Assembly: GCA_043228905.1 (NCBI GenBank)
Contig: JBHGNT010000003.1
Coordinates: 22,692,001 to 22,756,000, forward strand
DNA: 64,000 bases
Direction: 5' to 3'
Source: Azolla caroliniana
Lineage: Eukaryota; Plantae; Polypodiophyta
Under the pieces are notes generated by a model. It did no database searches. It was not told where the DNA came from and saw only the letters and a list, made by a program, of their open reading frames with translations. Shown here one piece after another: positions 12,733 to 26,300 of this stretch. Each line of letters starts with the position of its first letter. Within the stretch, counting starts at the first letter, position 1. The translations under genes and the position numbers were made by a program.

Positions 12733-13336
12733 CATGCTCATGGAAATCCGCGACAACATTTATCGATCTGAGGGCATCGCACAACTCCTTTATCTTCAAG
12801 GTATAGTTGGTGATCGACATATCTCTCTATTGCATGTTGTTTAACTCTTGTCAGAGTTGGAGCTTTCGTGGCGGAAATCTTCTTGTGATTGCCCCAAGCT
12901 TCTTTTAATGTGTTTGCCACTCAAATGTAGCTAAGCATGTGATTGTGAATGCACAATGCAATGCAATACAACACACGACTTGCGACCTGCTCCCAGGCCG
13001 GGTAGTCGACATGTGTTGGGTTGGGTTGCATTTCATGAGCTTCCTCAATGTAGTTCCAATAACCTTGTCTGACAAGGTATTGATACATCTTGTATTCCCA
13101 CGATGCGAAGTTCATTCTATCGAGCTTCTCCGTAAGAATAGTGATTCCCATTTGAGTATTCATGATGTCGATCTCTTTCTTTGTTGCTTGAATCGGTTAT
13201 GTTGATTGTCGGTGCGTAGCACAACACAGTTGAATAATCTCGATCAGACAACCACACGCTCTAATACCATGTACAAAATCGTGGGTGATGTAGGTAATGT
13301 TGTGCAGCGGAAGTAAACCACGTGTTCGTAGACAAG

Positions 13337-13374
<38 letters not shown>

Positions 13375-13553
13375 TCAACAAGAAGCTATCTTAGAGAAAA
13401 TATGATTACATCCAACAGTAACTAGGTTACAAAGAGTTGGTTTAAATACCAACTAGTCTAGGGCAAATGCCCTTTCTACTAATTACAAAACTAGCCTAGT
13501 ATGGTGTCCACTTGAACAATATCTCTATGGGAAGTTGAGTTTGGTTCTCAACA
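12733..13553 (-). mobile_element. Truncated copia element C: 5' LTR (13270-13553), PBS and gag N-terminus
   Basis: Gag-like ORF pieces at 12921-13163 (EKLDRMNFASWEYKM), 12738-12920 and ITNYTLKIKELCDALRSI. PBS TGGTATTAGAGC at ~13258-13269. TG...CA LTR with (AG)n resembling the B LTRs. Confidence 0.8.
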
Positions 13554-15426
13554 ATAACTTACGCATTGACATATGATTCATTTTTTTCCCCAAAACCTCA
13601 ATCCCACAATGAAGTGAAATCCAATGAAATGTGAATTAAACTAAAAGAGAACTAATTAATATTGGATTACATGAGCCAACATAGAAACAAAGCTATATTT
13701 GTCACTACATATGTTATTCTATTAGTGTTTGCCATTTCACCCTCCTCGAGCTTGAATATTGGGTACAATATCGAGCTTGAATATTCAACCGACAATGATG
13801 TGTGGGTTGGTTGTGGTAGTGGTTAAGAATGTTGATGAGTTTTACATGGGACATGTTTTTCTATACGGTGATTGAAGAGATTGTCAACCATAAATTCATC
13901 ACATGCCGAATTTATAAGGCTAATTGGGTTGTTATGTTGCAGCTTTGGGCATTAGTAACTAAGAATGTATTGTCCCCCTTTTAGTGGGCCCTACCCTACC
14001 ATTGTATAAGGGTGTGTTTGACAACGTTATGCGGTGGGATATGTGGTATAATTGGAGCACAAAAGATTAATTTCTTGCTTGATTGTCTTCACGAAGCTTC
14101 ATAACAAGTACATGCGTGGAAAGGAAAATGTGATTTGATAGTTTCAGAATTAATTTTCTATGCAAGTTGCCACAAAGACAGAAAAGAAGATGTAGAAGAA
14201 GAGGAAGAGGAAGATGTTAACAAATAAGTTGTTCCTAACACTCATCGTTCTCAAGTCTGTGTGAATAATGGAAGAGAGGCAACTCAATTCTGGTGATTGA
14301 CATCCACGTATGTGAACTTTAAAACAAATTGTTTGATAAGTTTGACATCACACGTATAAGCTATAGAACCAAACATTGGATTGCATCAACCCAATCCACA
14401 AACCAAGCATGAGAGGATTTGATTGCATGATCATGATACACTCATTGTACATGTGTGTGTGTGTGTGTGTGTGTGTGAACTTCTCCATTACCATGTAGGG
14501 AAACCCCGTGTATGACAGTTGCAATCTACAAATATACGGGCATGGGGGATTTTAATTTTGGATGGCCGGGGAGAGAGCCAAATACAAGGATGGTAATGGC
14601 ACCTATATTGGATAAGTATTATGAATATTTTAGTAATCTATAGACCAAATTAATTAAGATAAGGGGAATATATTGGATAGAGGAACTTGATCCTCATGAC
14701 CACCCAAGAATTATAATCAAGGCATAACCAACCAACCATTGACATCCCTTACGAATAGATATTAGGATGACAAGTACCTTGGAAGAGGTAACATGATTGT
14801 TGCAAGGAAGACTATCCCGCAGTACTGGTGTCTACAAACTTCAACCTTATGTTGTAACATGTTTTGCGAGGATAGCTAGGCCTCATATTTATATATCTTC
14901 CCAAGCGTCTCGAATAGATGCGCTTTTATTAAAAGGAGCATGACAATGCATGCATATACCATTCTCTCTATCCCATCACATTAGTCCATTTCTAACATCA
15001 ACGAACATACCCTTCACATATGTGTGATAATTATGAGTGACCTACCCTCGCTTACGTGATGCGTACATAACAATGCGGACTGAGCTCGGAGAAAATCAAG
15101 GATGGTAGGACAAACAGACAAAAACATGGAGTGAACCTCCTACGTAGCATCCATGGGGAGGCTCGTCACTGAGAAGCTTGTTGAGAATGACAGACAGTTG
15201 AGGACGGGATAGTCTCGACACTGCAACAGTACCCTGGTTGGAGCTTGGTTTGCTCATGATCTTAAGAATACAATACATAGATGGATGCAAAATGGTTTGC
15301 AGATTGGCCGGGACTATGTAAGAATTGTCTCTAATTCTGTAGCTTGTCGGGCACTGACTCTCGAGCTCGGGCGTCTCTCTCTCTCGGTCGGGGATGGGGT
15401 GAGACTTTGAGGAGGGCCTGAAGGGT

Positions 15427-15436
15427 GACACGTGGC
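15427..15436 (+). promoter_or_regulatory. G-box/ABRE (GACACGTGGC) in the putative promoter of the IDM1-like gene
   Basis: Exact ACACGTGGC motif just upstream of a GA-rich 5'UTR-like region and a pyrimidine-rich leader intron. Function untested. Confidence 0.4.
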
Positions 15437-16039
15437 GAGTGGCGATTGGCATGAAGCATTTACGAGAGACAGAGAGAGGAAAAAGCAGCTTCGTAGTTTT
15501 TATTTTTATTTGCGTCGAAAGAAAAAGGAAAAAAAAAGCAAAGCAAAAAGAAAACTTTAAGAGAAGAAAATAAAACTGTAAAGAGAAGGTGAAGAAGAAG
15601 AAGAAGAAGAAGAGAGAAAACAAGTGGAGAAATTAAGGGTTCTTCTTCTCTGCGCCATCGCCATCGCCATCGCCATCCCTCTTTCCGTTTATTTATTCAC
15701 TTATTCATTTCTTCCTTCCTTTCTCCTTTTCTTTTTCTTTATATTTTCTATCCATCGCTCGGATCTTCCCCGTCTGCGAAGCTCTATTTGTTTCCGGCGT
15801 TCGCCTCCTGGAAACCCTACATTCCCATCCATTCGACGCATACATATACTTTTCTTCCACACATATCAATATATTTGCAGGTACCTGGTCGGAAATACTC
15901 TCTAAATCAAGCATTTACGTTGTTGCTTCTGCAGGTATTTCTTCGTTGTTTCTTCTCTCCCTATCTGTCTTGATACTGCATACTGGATCGATGGTTCTGT
16001 TTGTTTGCAACAGGAAAAGTAATTGAATATTTTTTGTGC

Positions 16040-17120
16040 ATTTCTTGTTTATACCAAGGAATTTGAGGAGAATGTAGGCAGAGAAAAATAATCGTTCTTT
16101 CTTCTTCTGATCAGCATTGCATGAACTGTTCTTTTTTGCTTTCTTAATGGATTGATTATTCAAAGAATTTTGAAGTGATATGCGAAGTGAAAAAAACAGC
16201 GTTTATTTGTTAAAGTTATCCATTTGATATAAGCTGCTGCTCAATGTATTCTTTGATGGACTAATCCAAAGGATTTTAAGTAGAGTTCGGAGAGGAAAAT
16301 TAACGTTGTGATTAACTGTTACTTTGATGCTTTCTTGATAGATCCATTAAACGATTTTGAAGCGAATATGAAGAGAGAGAAAAAGGTGTACTGTTGTTAT
16401 TATTGCTGTTAATATGATATTAATGGTGTCGTAACTGCTTCCACCTAATAACTAATTCAAAGGATTTTGAATAGAAAGAAATTTGTTTCTTTTATCAGTT
16501 TGGATTTCTCAATGGAATGATCAAAAGGAATTTGAGGACAATATAGGAGGAGGGAAAGGCAGTGTTCTTAGTAGTTTGCCATTACGTAGTGGACTGATCC
16601 AAAGGTTTTTGAAGAGAATACGAGGGAAAAACATGGAGCTCTTTATCAGTTTTCCATAAATATTGCTTGATGCTTTCTTATGTATTGGTCCAAAGATTTT
16701 TGAGGAGAATATATGAAGAGGAAAAACAATTTTTTTATCAGTTAAGGTATTGAATGCTGCTTGGTGCTTTCTTAATGAATCAACACAAAGAGTTTTGAGC
16801 AGGATGGAATAAGAGAGAAAGCATTGCCTGGTGGAAAGGAAAGACACCGTTTTTTTTATCATTTAAGACATGAGATGGTACTTGGCGATTTCTAAATAGA
16901 TTGATACAAAGGCTTTTGAGGGAAATATCAGAAGAGAAAAAACAGCGTTCTTATAAATTTTCCATTAACCATTGGTTGACAGTTCTTAGTGGACCTATCC
17001 AAACACATTTGTTTGAGAATATGAAGTGAAAAAGCAGTTTTCTTACCAGTTTTCTGTTCATGCTTGCTTGATGATTCACAAAATGGATTAATCCGAAGAC
17101 TTTCTTTAGAATATTAAGAC
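16040..17120. repeat. Degenerate ~80-90 bp tandem repeats in the leader intron
   Basis: The motif TCTTAATGGA..ATCCAAAGGATTTTGAAGAGAATAT..GAGAAAAA..CGTT recurs about a dozen times. Confidence 0.7.
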
Positions 17121-17352
17121 GAAAAATCTCATTTCTTATAAGTGTGGCATCACCTGTTGCAATTATGATTTCCCAGTAAAACAACTCCAGGAGATGAGAG
17201 AACAATGCTTACTCGCAGAGGAATTAGTTTTTCTCATAATGCTACCAAAATCTCCATATCCAAGATTCCATGGTGAGAGTGCAGAAATTTGACTTCCTGT
17301 TTCTATGTAGAAAGTCAAGCATTACTTTTCAGATCTCAGATTCCAAGCAGTT

Positions 17353-20300
17353 ATGAAAGTCTTGAACAACATTGTGTCTTCTAACAAACCTCGAAGGCTT
17401 CTTGTGGGGGAGAGAGCAGAGGTATTGTTCTGATTTTACCTTATATATCTATTCTTTGAGGGAAAAACTCTGAAATACCTCCAAGTTTTTCTTTATTTTG
17501 TCTTCTAACACAAACATAGAAAGATTGATAAATGAATAAATCAGTCTATGTTTTCTGTTAAAGCCTGTAATTCCTGATACACTTTTTGATTTGTTATGAC
17601 TATCAAGCTCTACATCCATGAAGCACATGCCCACAAATCAACAAATGCTGTACACATTAACCATTGAATGTTAAGTACTAGGTGCATCACATGAATCACA
17701 TATCTGCAAAGCTACAAAGTCCTCCCATATGCAAGATTAATTGTGAAAATATAACTTTATATTTAAATGGGTGGTTTGGCTGTTATCCAAGATGAAACAG
17801 CACTTCGGTTGCAGTTGTAACATCTTGTTCTGTCTCAAAGGCCATTTTGTTCTATATTAATGCATCTTTCTATCTTCTTCACAGGTTCGCCAGAGAGAAC
17901 GGGGCCTTAGAGGATCATGGCATTCAGGGACAATAGTGAAAGTCAAGAGTGGTCGCAGGGTGGTTGAATATGATGAACTCTTCAGTAAAGATGGCTCAAC
18001 AAAGTTAAAGGAGTGTATTTCTCTTTATGAGGAAATAAGATCGCAAACTTCAGGAAGACGGGGCACACCTCTTTTAGAATGGGATAAAAGTGGGCCTATT
18101 GATTCTAATAAACGAGGATTTATTCGGCCCATTCCACCTTCTTGCCTCATACCATCTCAACATAACTGGAAAAGAGGTCTTTTGGTTGATGCCTTTTACA
18201 ATGATGCCTGGTGGGAAGGTATTCTTTTGCATGATGTGGGATCATCTGATTGTGAACTTAAAACTAGGATCTTCTTTCCAGATGAAGGTGATGAGCTTGA
18301 AGTGTTATTAAGAGATATAAGGGTCTCTCAGGAGTGGGATGAGGCAAGGGGAACATGGGCAGTTCGGGGATATTGGTTTTTTGAGGGCAGAGGTGACCTT
18401 GGCCCTCTCAAGAAAATATGTATGAAAGCACCATGTCCTCTAAAAGCCTTATGGAGACAGAAAAGGTTTTATAGTTCAGAAGATTTATCAATACAGGAGG
18501 AAAGAATCAATAACCAACATGAAGCTGAGAACACTCTTCAGGTAGAAACGCAAAAAATCCCAGTGGAACCAATGTCTATGGAGGCCGTTATATGTGAAAA
18601 AACAAATTATGAAGAGGGGGCATGTGTAAAAGAAGAAAAATATAGGATAATGAAAGATAAAATTAGTCTTTCAGTTGAAGCTGGAGAAAACATTATTGTT
18701 GTTGATGGAAGCAACCATACAGGTTATACAACAGACATTATTCAAAAAGAATCAGACTTGGTCCTCACACACATTCCTATTTTAGATGGAAGTATGGTTG
18801 ATGCATCAAGGCACACATTGTCAATAGAGGGTTCAGTTCAAAAGACCAAGAAAAGAAAGATTTCTTTGTGCGATGATGAAGGAAAAGTGAGACCAAGGAT
18901 CACAAGAAGCACATTTGAGCTGGGAAAAAGAACAAGTGATGATGACCAAACAAGTTGTGATAAGCAGCAAGAATACAGAGAAGATGATCTTTATTCTAAA
19001 GCAATGGTTGATACACTGTCATCTGTATGTGAATATAGTTGTCGAGGAGTGGATACAAATGACTCCAGAAAAGTTGGAGTCATTTCTCCTGAAAATTATA
19101 CGCCGTCAAAAGTAGGGGTGCATGAAGCACGGAATGCAGCTAGAGAATTTCTACTCAGTAATGGATGGAAAATTGAGTCACGAATACGTCCCCGTGGTTC
19201 TGGAATGAGAAATGAATCTGTGTATATATCACCTGATGGGTGTCGATTTGTTTCCTTGACATCAGCTTGCAGAGGATTGAGGACTGGCAGAGAAACCAGT
19301 AGCTCTTTGGTCAGCAACAAACACAAGATCATAGATTCATACATGATTGCAGGAGGTTTAAAACTACCATTTGCTGAGCAGATTACTCGAAGTGATGGGT
19401 CAACAAAAGATTTATATAACAAAGATTATACTCATGTACCTGAGCTCATGGATTCTAGATGTGGTTCTGCCACTCTTGAGAAAAAAAATGCTAAACTAGA
19501 TGTTCCAGCACAATGCCATGAAGATATGAAAGTCAAGAAAAGGAAATTAACCCTAATAATGGAAAGCTCATGTAAAAGGAAAAATGAAGGAAATAATGAA
19601 ACAAAACATAAAAGAGGCAGTCTGCCTCTTAAGGGAAACAGACATACGCGAGAAAACAAGGGATCTGGTGTTGAAGGAAGTTGCCGGATGCAAGTGTTAA
19701 TGTCTTTCCCTGAAAGGGGAACAGAACAAAATGCTTCTCAGGACATTGGAGAGCAACCTCAATTTAAGAAGTCAACAGTTCTTTCTTGGCTTATAGACAA
19801 GGCCATTCTGAAAGAGAATGAACCTGTCTTCTATGTTAACAGAAAAGATGGACGCATTATGAAGACCGGTAAGGTAACTCGAGAAGGGGTTATGTGTGAC
19901 TGTTGCAAAGACATCTTCACTCTATCCAATTTCGAAGCACATGCCGGGAGTAAACTCCACAGACCGAGTGCCAACATTTTTCTGAATGATGGAAGATCAG
20001 TCTCAGACTGCCAACTTGAAGCTTGCGCTCTCCAAGATGTGAAAGAGAAGGAAGGAATTATTGATGTTAGCGATGACACTTGTGGTATTTGTAAGGATGG
20101 TGGAGAGTTGATCTTGTGTGATAATTGCCCATCAACTTTTCATGTTGATTGCATTGGCTTAAAGGTAAGTCCGATTTCCTTAAAGCCATTTTATTGCAGT
20201 GTATTCTTGATTGATTTTGTTGCTTAAAAGATGATCATGTTGTTTCATTTATCTTCACAATATCTTATCTGTAGGTCATTCCGGAGGGTGAATGGTACTG

Positions 20301-23300
20301 TCCAAAGTGTTCTTGTGGTGTGTGTGGAGCTAACCAGTTGACTGCTGATCTGGACAGCAGAATGTTTCGATGCATTCAGTGTGAACTTGAATGTATGTGC
20401 TTAGTTTTATGAGATGACCATCGGCTAATCAGGCAGTTTTATTGAACCTGCTTTTTTATGCAGATCATCTTAGTTGTGTTCCGGCATGTCCTATTGATCC
20501 ACTGAATCAAGCTACTCCATGTGTCTGGTTTTGTGATAAAAAATGTCAACAGGTATCACATACACTCATTAATTACTAAATTGAGTAACATTTTCAATAA
20601 GGCATTACCATTGATAACAAATGTGTTTACACATCTATTTTCAGATATTTGTGGGTTTGCGAAGACAGGTTGGAATAGTGCATCCTATGGAGAATGGTTT
20701 CTCGTGGATGCTATTGAGGTCTATGAAGAAAGAACAAGTGCTTTCTCAATCAGGTCTTGAACTTATGGCTGAGCACCACAGCAAACTTTCGGTGGCACAT
20801 TGTGTGATGCAAGAATGCTTTATGCCAATGATTGATCCACGAACAAAAATAAACCTTATTTCTCAGGCTTTATATAACCGAAGGTGACTCTCTCTAAGCT
20901 GCCAAGAAGTTGGCAAGGTCATATCAATCATGCTTTAGTAGACTTCGGTTTTACCTTTGTAATTCATCTTTGTCTAGAAATCTGTTTATCAGACAAGAAT
21001 CCTATGATTGACTAGCTTCTCAAATCGTCAGATACTTTTTACTAAAGCCCTTTGGCCTTATAATTATTACAATTAGAATAGTGGACTCAGGCACATGAAT
21101 CCTGTGATTGACTAACTTTTCAGGCCATCAGATACTTTTTAGGAAGCCCATTGGCTCCATCATCATTACAGATACGATAATGGACATAGGCATATGAATT
21201 CCTGTGATTGACTAGCTTCTCAGATTGTCAAATACTTTATGGAAGCCCACTGGCTTCATCATCAAATGTATGAAAATGCTATGATAGTGGTCTCAGGCAC
21301 ATGCAAATGTTAATGGAAATAATGTTATTTTGAACAACTATAATTGTGTGAAAATTTGATGTAGAGATTAATAAAAAGCACTAGTGTTTTCTTTAAGATT
21401 GAGGTATGTATTTGCCTTTCTTTAATGGAATATGGGTCTCCTAGATCAATGAAAAATTATTAAAGAGAAGTTGTCAAATCTCATCATTGAAATATTAATG
21501 CTTGTGATAATAATTACCTTTCTCTGCTGTGATGATCTCTTGCATATCCCAATCTCCAGGGAGTCTACCTATTCAGGAATATGTAGCTCTCTTAATACTG
21601 AAGGTGCTGCTTTATTTCTTCCTTTGCATCAATGAGTCGTTAATAATCTTTGTCTTGACTGCAAGGATCTACTTTAATTCTTTTGTAAACTTCCCGGAAA
21701 AAAACTTTCCGTGAGGTATATAGCTTTGATTTGATAGTGTAAAGGATGCTCATTTTTCATTTGTACATGGTTTAAATTTGAGAGCAATTCAGTCATCTGA
21801 GGCAGAATGAATGCAATGAGATATAATAGAGTAATATAGTATTGTTTGGTTTCAGATCTAAGGTTAATCGGCTCAATTATGGTGGATTTTACACCATTCT
21901 TTTGGAACGGGGAGATGAGTTAATATCTGTGGCCACAATAAGGTTCATGCCTAGGTCTCTTGTAGAACAGTTTTTATCCCCTCATTTTCATTTCATAAAA
22001 TCTTTTTCTTGTTCAATCATATAGAGTACATGGAGCAAGGTTTGCCGAGATGCCTCTTATTGGAACTCGCTATCAATATCGTCGTCAAGGCATGTGCCGC
22101 CGTTTGGTGAACGCTCTTGAGGAGGTAAAAAGCTTTGTTATAAAATGTGCAATCTTCTCTAAAACAGTTACGTTCACTCAAACTAATCTTAAATCATAGT
22201 TTTCTTTGGATTTCTAGATGCTAACAAGTATAGGAGTGGAGAAGTTGATCCTACCTGCAGTCCCTGAACTGCAAGATACCTGGATAGATGCATTTGGTTT
22301 CCAGCAAATGAGCCTTCCTGACCTCCAAGAATTGAGTAAATTGAACTTGATGACTTTTCCTGGGACATCACTTCTTCAAAAGCATTTGTTGAAACCTCTT
22401 ATTGATTCTGTTGATCACTCACATAGCTATGTTCGGATTGGTAGCTTGGAGACCCCATCATACAAATCTGTGGAAAATTTTGTCACCATGGATCATTCAT
22501 CTTTATATAATGGTTTTCGAGAAGGAAATATCTATGAAGATATTTCTTCAATGAATTCTCAGATGTTTGATTACACACAAGAAATAATGTCAGATAATCA
22601 AGGTATTACCATGCCGTCAAACATTGGAAGGCCGAAAAATCGAATGCGGTATAAAGCTACAGCTCAAAGGTATCCATCTCTAATATGTTCTCACTAGTTA
22701 TTAATCTATCTCCAATTTTCCAATTATTTATGTGAACTTGAATTGATCAGGTTCAACCTTTTTGGGTTGTACAAGTAGAACATTTGTGCAATTTTTTGTG
22801 GTTTTTGGGATTTACTACATACAGCATTGGTTGCCAACTTTAGTGTAATGCTGGGCAGTTAGGCACAAACTTCAAAAATTGGAAAGCCCCTGCATGGACC
22901 AGAAATTTAAAAATGAATGTCTAACTCGAGAAGAATTGTTGAAACTCTGAAATTGTACACATCAGCTAAACTTTAAAGGTGGTGTGAAAACAGTTTTATA
23001 GAGAATTCACCATGTTGCAAATGTTCTAAGTCAAAGAAACTAATTCAATAAAATTGATTCCTGGAAAAATATGAGGCAAATGTTATGTGGAGAAGCACAA
23101 GTTTGTTTTTTTATGTACATGTTTGACACATTTATTGTGTGAGAGACTCTCTCTAGGATTGTTCATGTCATGAGATCTTGTAGAGGATCCTGGTGAATTA
23201 GGGGAAAGTATATGACATGGGTTTCTTGGGACTTCCCAGAAGCTTGATTTTGATATAGGCCAACCCAATGCAGAAATGTATAGTTAGATTTTATGAATGA

Positions 23301-26300
23301 GCCTTAGATTTCTTATTGATTTGTTCGCAATTATCATTTGTAAGTCCTCTTGTTTACAGAAAGTGTATATATTCTCGGGATTCTTTGAAATCCATTTGTT
23401 TTAAGAGACATTCACGATTGATCCGATTCTTTTCAACCTTTGACAGCCTTGTGTTGAATTTGGTGGTTAGCATCTGAGATACTTATCTGGGGGGTTTAGA
23501 ATTTTACTTTTAGAGAGACACCTTATCAAGATTTAGGGCATAAGATGCAAAGGGTCAGGAAGATATCCAACACTGATTATATGTTTTTGGTTTTCGATTT
23601 TTGAGGTAAAACCAATTGTAGTTGTGTTTTATGAAAAAGCTCAGGAAGGCTTTTTGACTTTTGGAGGGAAACCAATTTTAGTTTTTCTTCATACAGTAAT
23701 TTTTATTTTTGAAGTGTTGAAATTTGAAAGAGACGATATTATCGAGGCATCAAAGCTACATCACCAAACATCTTTGGGTGAAGTGAAGTAGATAGTGCGA
23801 AGAGAGAGTGATGGGCAGCAGATTGTGTAGGCCAGAAACATCCTAGCCAATATTTATATCATAACTTATCTAGCTTGGATTTGAAAGTGTCACACCATGC
23901 ATTCTATAGTAAAGACCAGTGCAAACTCAGCCAAACATTGTGAGCATACTCCACACACCCATATTTCCTTCAGACCTTATAGCTACAAGGTTAAACTTGT
24001 TTATGATACTCTGTAAATGTCTTTGACAGTATTTTGAATTTAAAACCACACTTTTTTCACTGTTTTAGCAATAACTTGCATATATTATTCATGCCGATGA
24101 TTAATGATGTGTTATTTGTTGACTGGGCTATTCATTGCAGCCATGATGATGCTTCAGGTGTTGGAAAATGTCTGGATGATGATATATATACAAGAGTGGT
24201 TGTTGGAACAACCAGATCGAAACGGCTGGTAAACATAAAAAGCAAAACTCATATTCTGATGATAGGGATGTGCATTGTTTTTTCAAGTGAGAAGGAAATT
24301 CTTTTTCTGTGCTCCTTTACTCCTGCTTCCCTGCTGATTGCATGTGGATGCTATGAAGAAAGTGAAACTAGATAGTCTCATTTTAAGCCCATGCATTGAA
24401 CTACAGTGTAATTAGGTGTTTTTTGTCATTTATCTTTTTGCATTACAAATGATAATCATGATATTCATCTCATTACTGGCCTTTTTTAAGTTCTAGTAGT
24501 AGGCTCTTGCATGATCTCAAAATCATTGCTGCTACGTACAGATTGAATTTGGCTGATTTTGGGGAAAACATTAATTGGAGTTCATTGTTATGGTCAAAAG
24601 AACTCGCTGTATATATTCGAGAAATGTAACGATTATGTAACTGAATATCACAGCATTTTATTTTACCTGCAGTTGATAGTCCTGTTCTTAGTATACCATC
24701 TTTGATTCTTATAATGAGATTTCCACTATGCTGGAAAGAAAGAGAAGATTCAATTAATACTGGGAAACAGTGAAATGAAATTGGTTGTTTTTTAGGTGTT
24801 TTTGAGTGAAGTAATATGACTACAGTGTTTCTGAGGTAAGTTTAAAAATATCAAATACTGGAGTATTATCTACTCTTATACTGCAAAAAGTTTGTGCCTC
24901 CTTGCGCTTTCATATCAATCATCTGGTTTTGCTTACTCATTTCTGGGAATATTCCTTACCAATGCATTTGGTAGAAACGATTGACTAACTTAAAACATGC
25001 TGTCTGGACTCTTCTGTGTCATGCAGCCTATCTGATTCTTGAATGGATTCCTGGGAATATACCTTACCAATGCATTAAATAGAAACCATTGACTAACTTA
25101 AACATGCCTTCTGGACTCTTGTGTGTAATGCAGCCTATTTGATTCTTGAATGGATTTATTGGCATATACCTTACCAATGCGCTAGGTAGAAACCATTAAC
25201 TAACTCAAACATGTCTCCTGGACTCTTCTGTGTAATGCAGCCTATCTGGTTTTTTAATGGATTCCTGGGAATATACCTTACCGATGCATATTAAGTAGAA
25301 ACCATTGACTAACTTAAAACATGTCTTCTGAACTCTGCTTGTAATGCAGTCTATCTGATGGGTACCTTTCCTGGACTAAACACCAGTGTTGTATGCTAGT
25401 TTCAAACTGCTTGTGCTCTTTCACTCATCATCTGCTCCTGTCCCTTCCCAAGTTGTAGCAGCTAGGTTTTCCTTGCTTTGAAGGAACTCATTCTTATCAA
25501 ATCTCAAGGCCACTTGGATTCTGGGGCTAATACTTATGTAATTAATCTGTCTCCACTCATAATTAGGCTGTGAACACTCAAGCTATTCCATAGATATGTG
25601 AACATTTAGGCTATTCCAAACAAATGTGTGCTCTTGATGCTGCCTTTATATGAATATGATCATTGTGATAAGTGAGCACCTAGGCTAGGGTCTAGCTGAG
25701 ATATGCTTGAAGTGTTTTACCAAAACAAATGGTCTATGCCTTGCATGACATTTGCGTCTATGATTGTTAGTGACTAGGGTCTATCTGAGATGTGCGTGAA
25801 GTGTTTCACCAAAACAATTGGTCTATACCTTGCATGACAGTTGCATCTATGATTGTTAGTGCTTCACGTTGTATTCAAGTATGTGTATACTTGTCTGTGC
25901 ATTGCTATGTTCTGAAGTCCATTGGAGATTGTATGTCCTATTAACTTATTTCTAGACCTAGGGCTGTTGTATGTCCCAAGAGGTGGGCTATTTGCCCATT
26001 AAATTGGTATGTGAGCTGAGTTTAGAATGTGACCAGACCTTATTGCCCATATCTGGAAACTCTTCTTTTTCTGATGTAGTGATTGTCTACTTTTGTGCAG
26101 GTAAAATCAACAAGATGGGTAGCAGATGGGTTGAGAGAATTGAAAGATTCAAAGCAGTTCAAACGAAATTCTCTAATCGAAGGAAACTCAACAAAAAGAC
26201 CTGCAAAACAATCAGTTAAAGATGGTAAGTATGAACCAGAAAATGAAGCTGAAAACTATGATGTTCTTGATTATAATTGATTCGTAGAGAATATAAGAAT

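Noticed and set aside
15096-15973. ORFs of 175, 93, 69 and 61 aa
   Set aside because: Low-complexity Phe/Lys-rich translations of a GA/CT-rich promoter, UTR and intron.
22670-24140. U12 intron in the IDM1-like gene (donor GTATCCAT)
   Set aside because: The donor deviates from RTATCCTT and there is no clear TCCTTRAY branch point.
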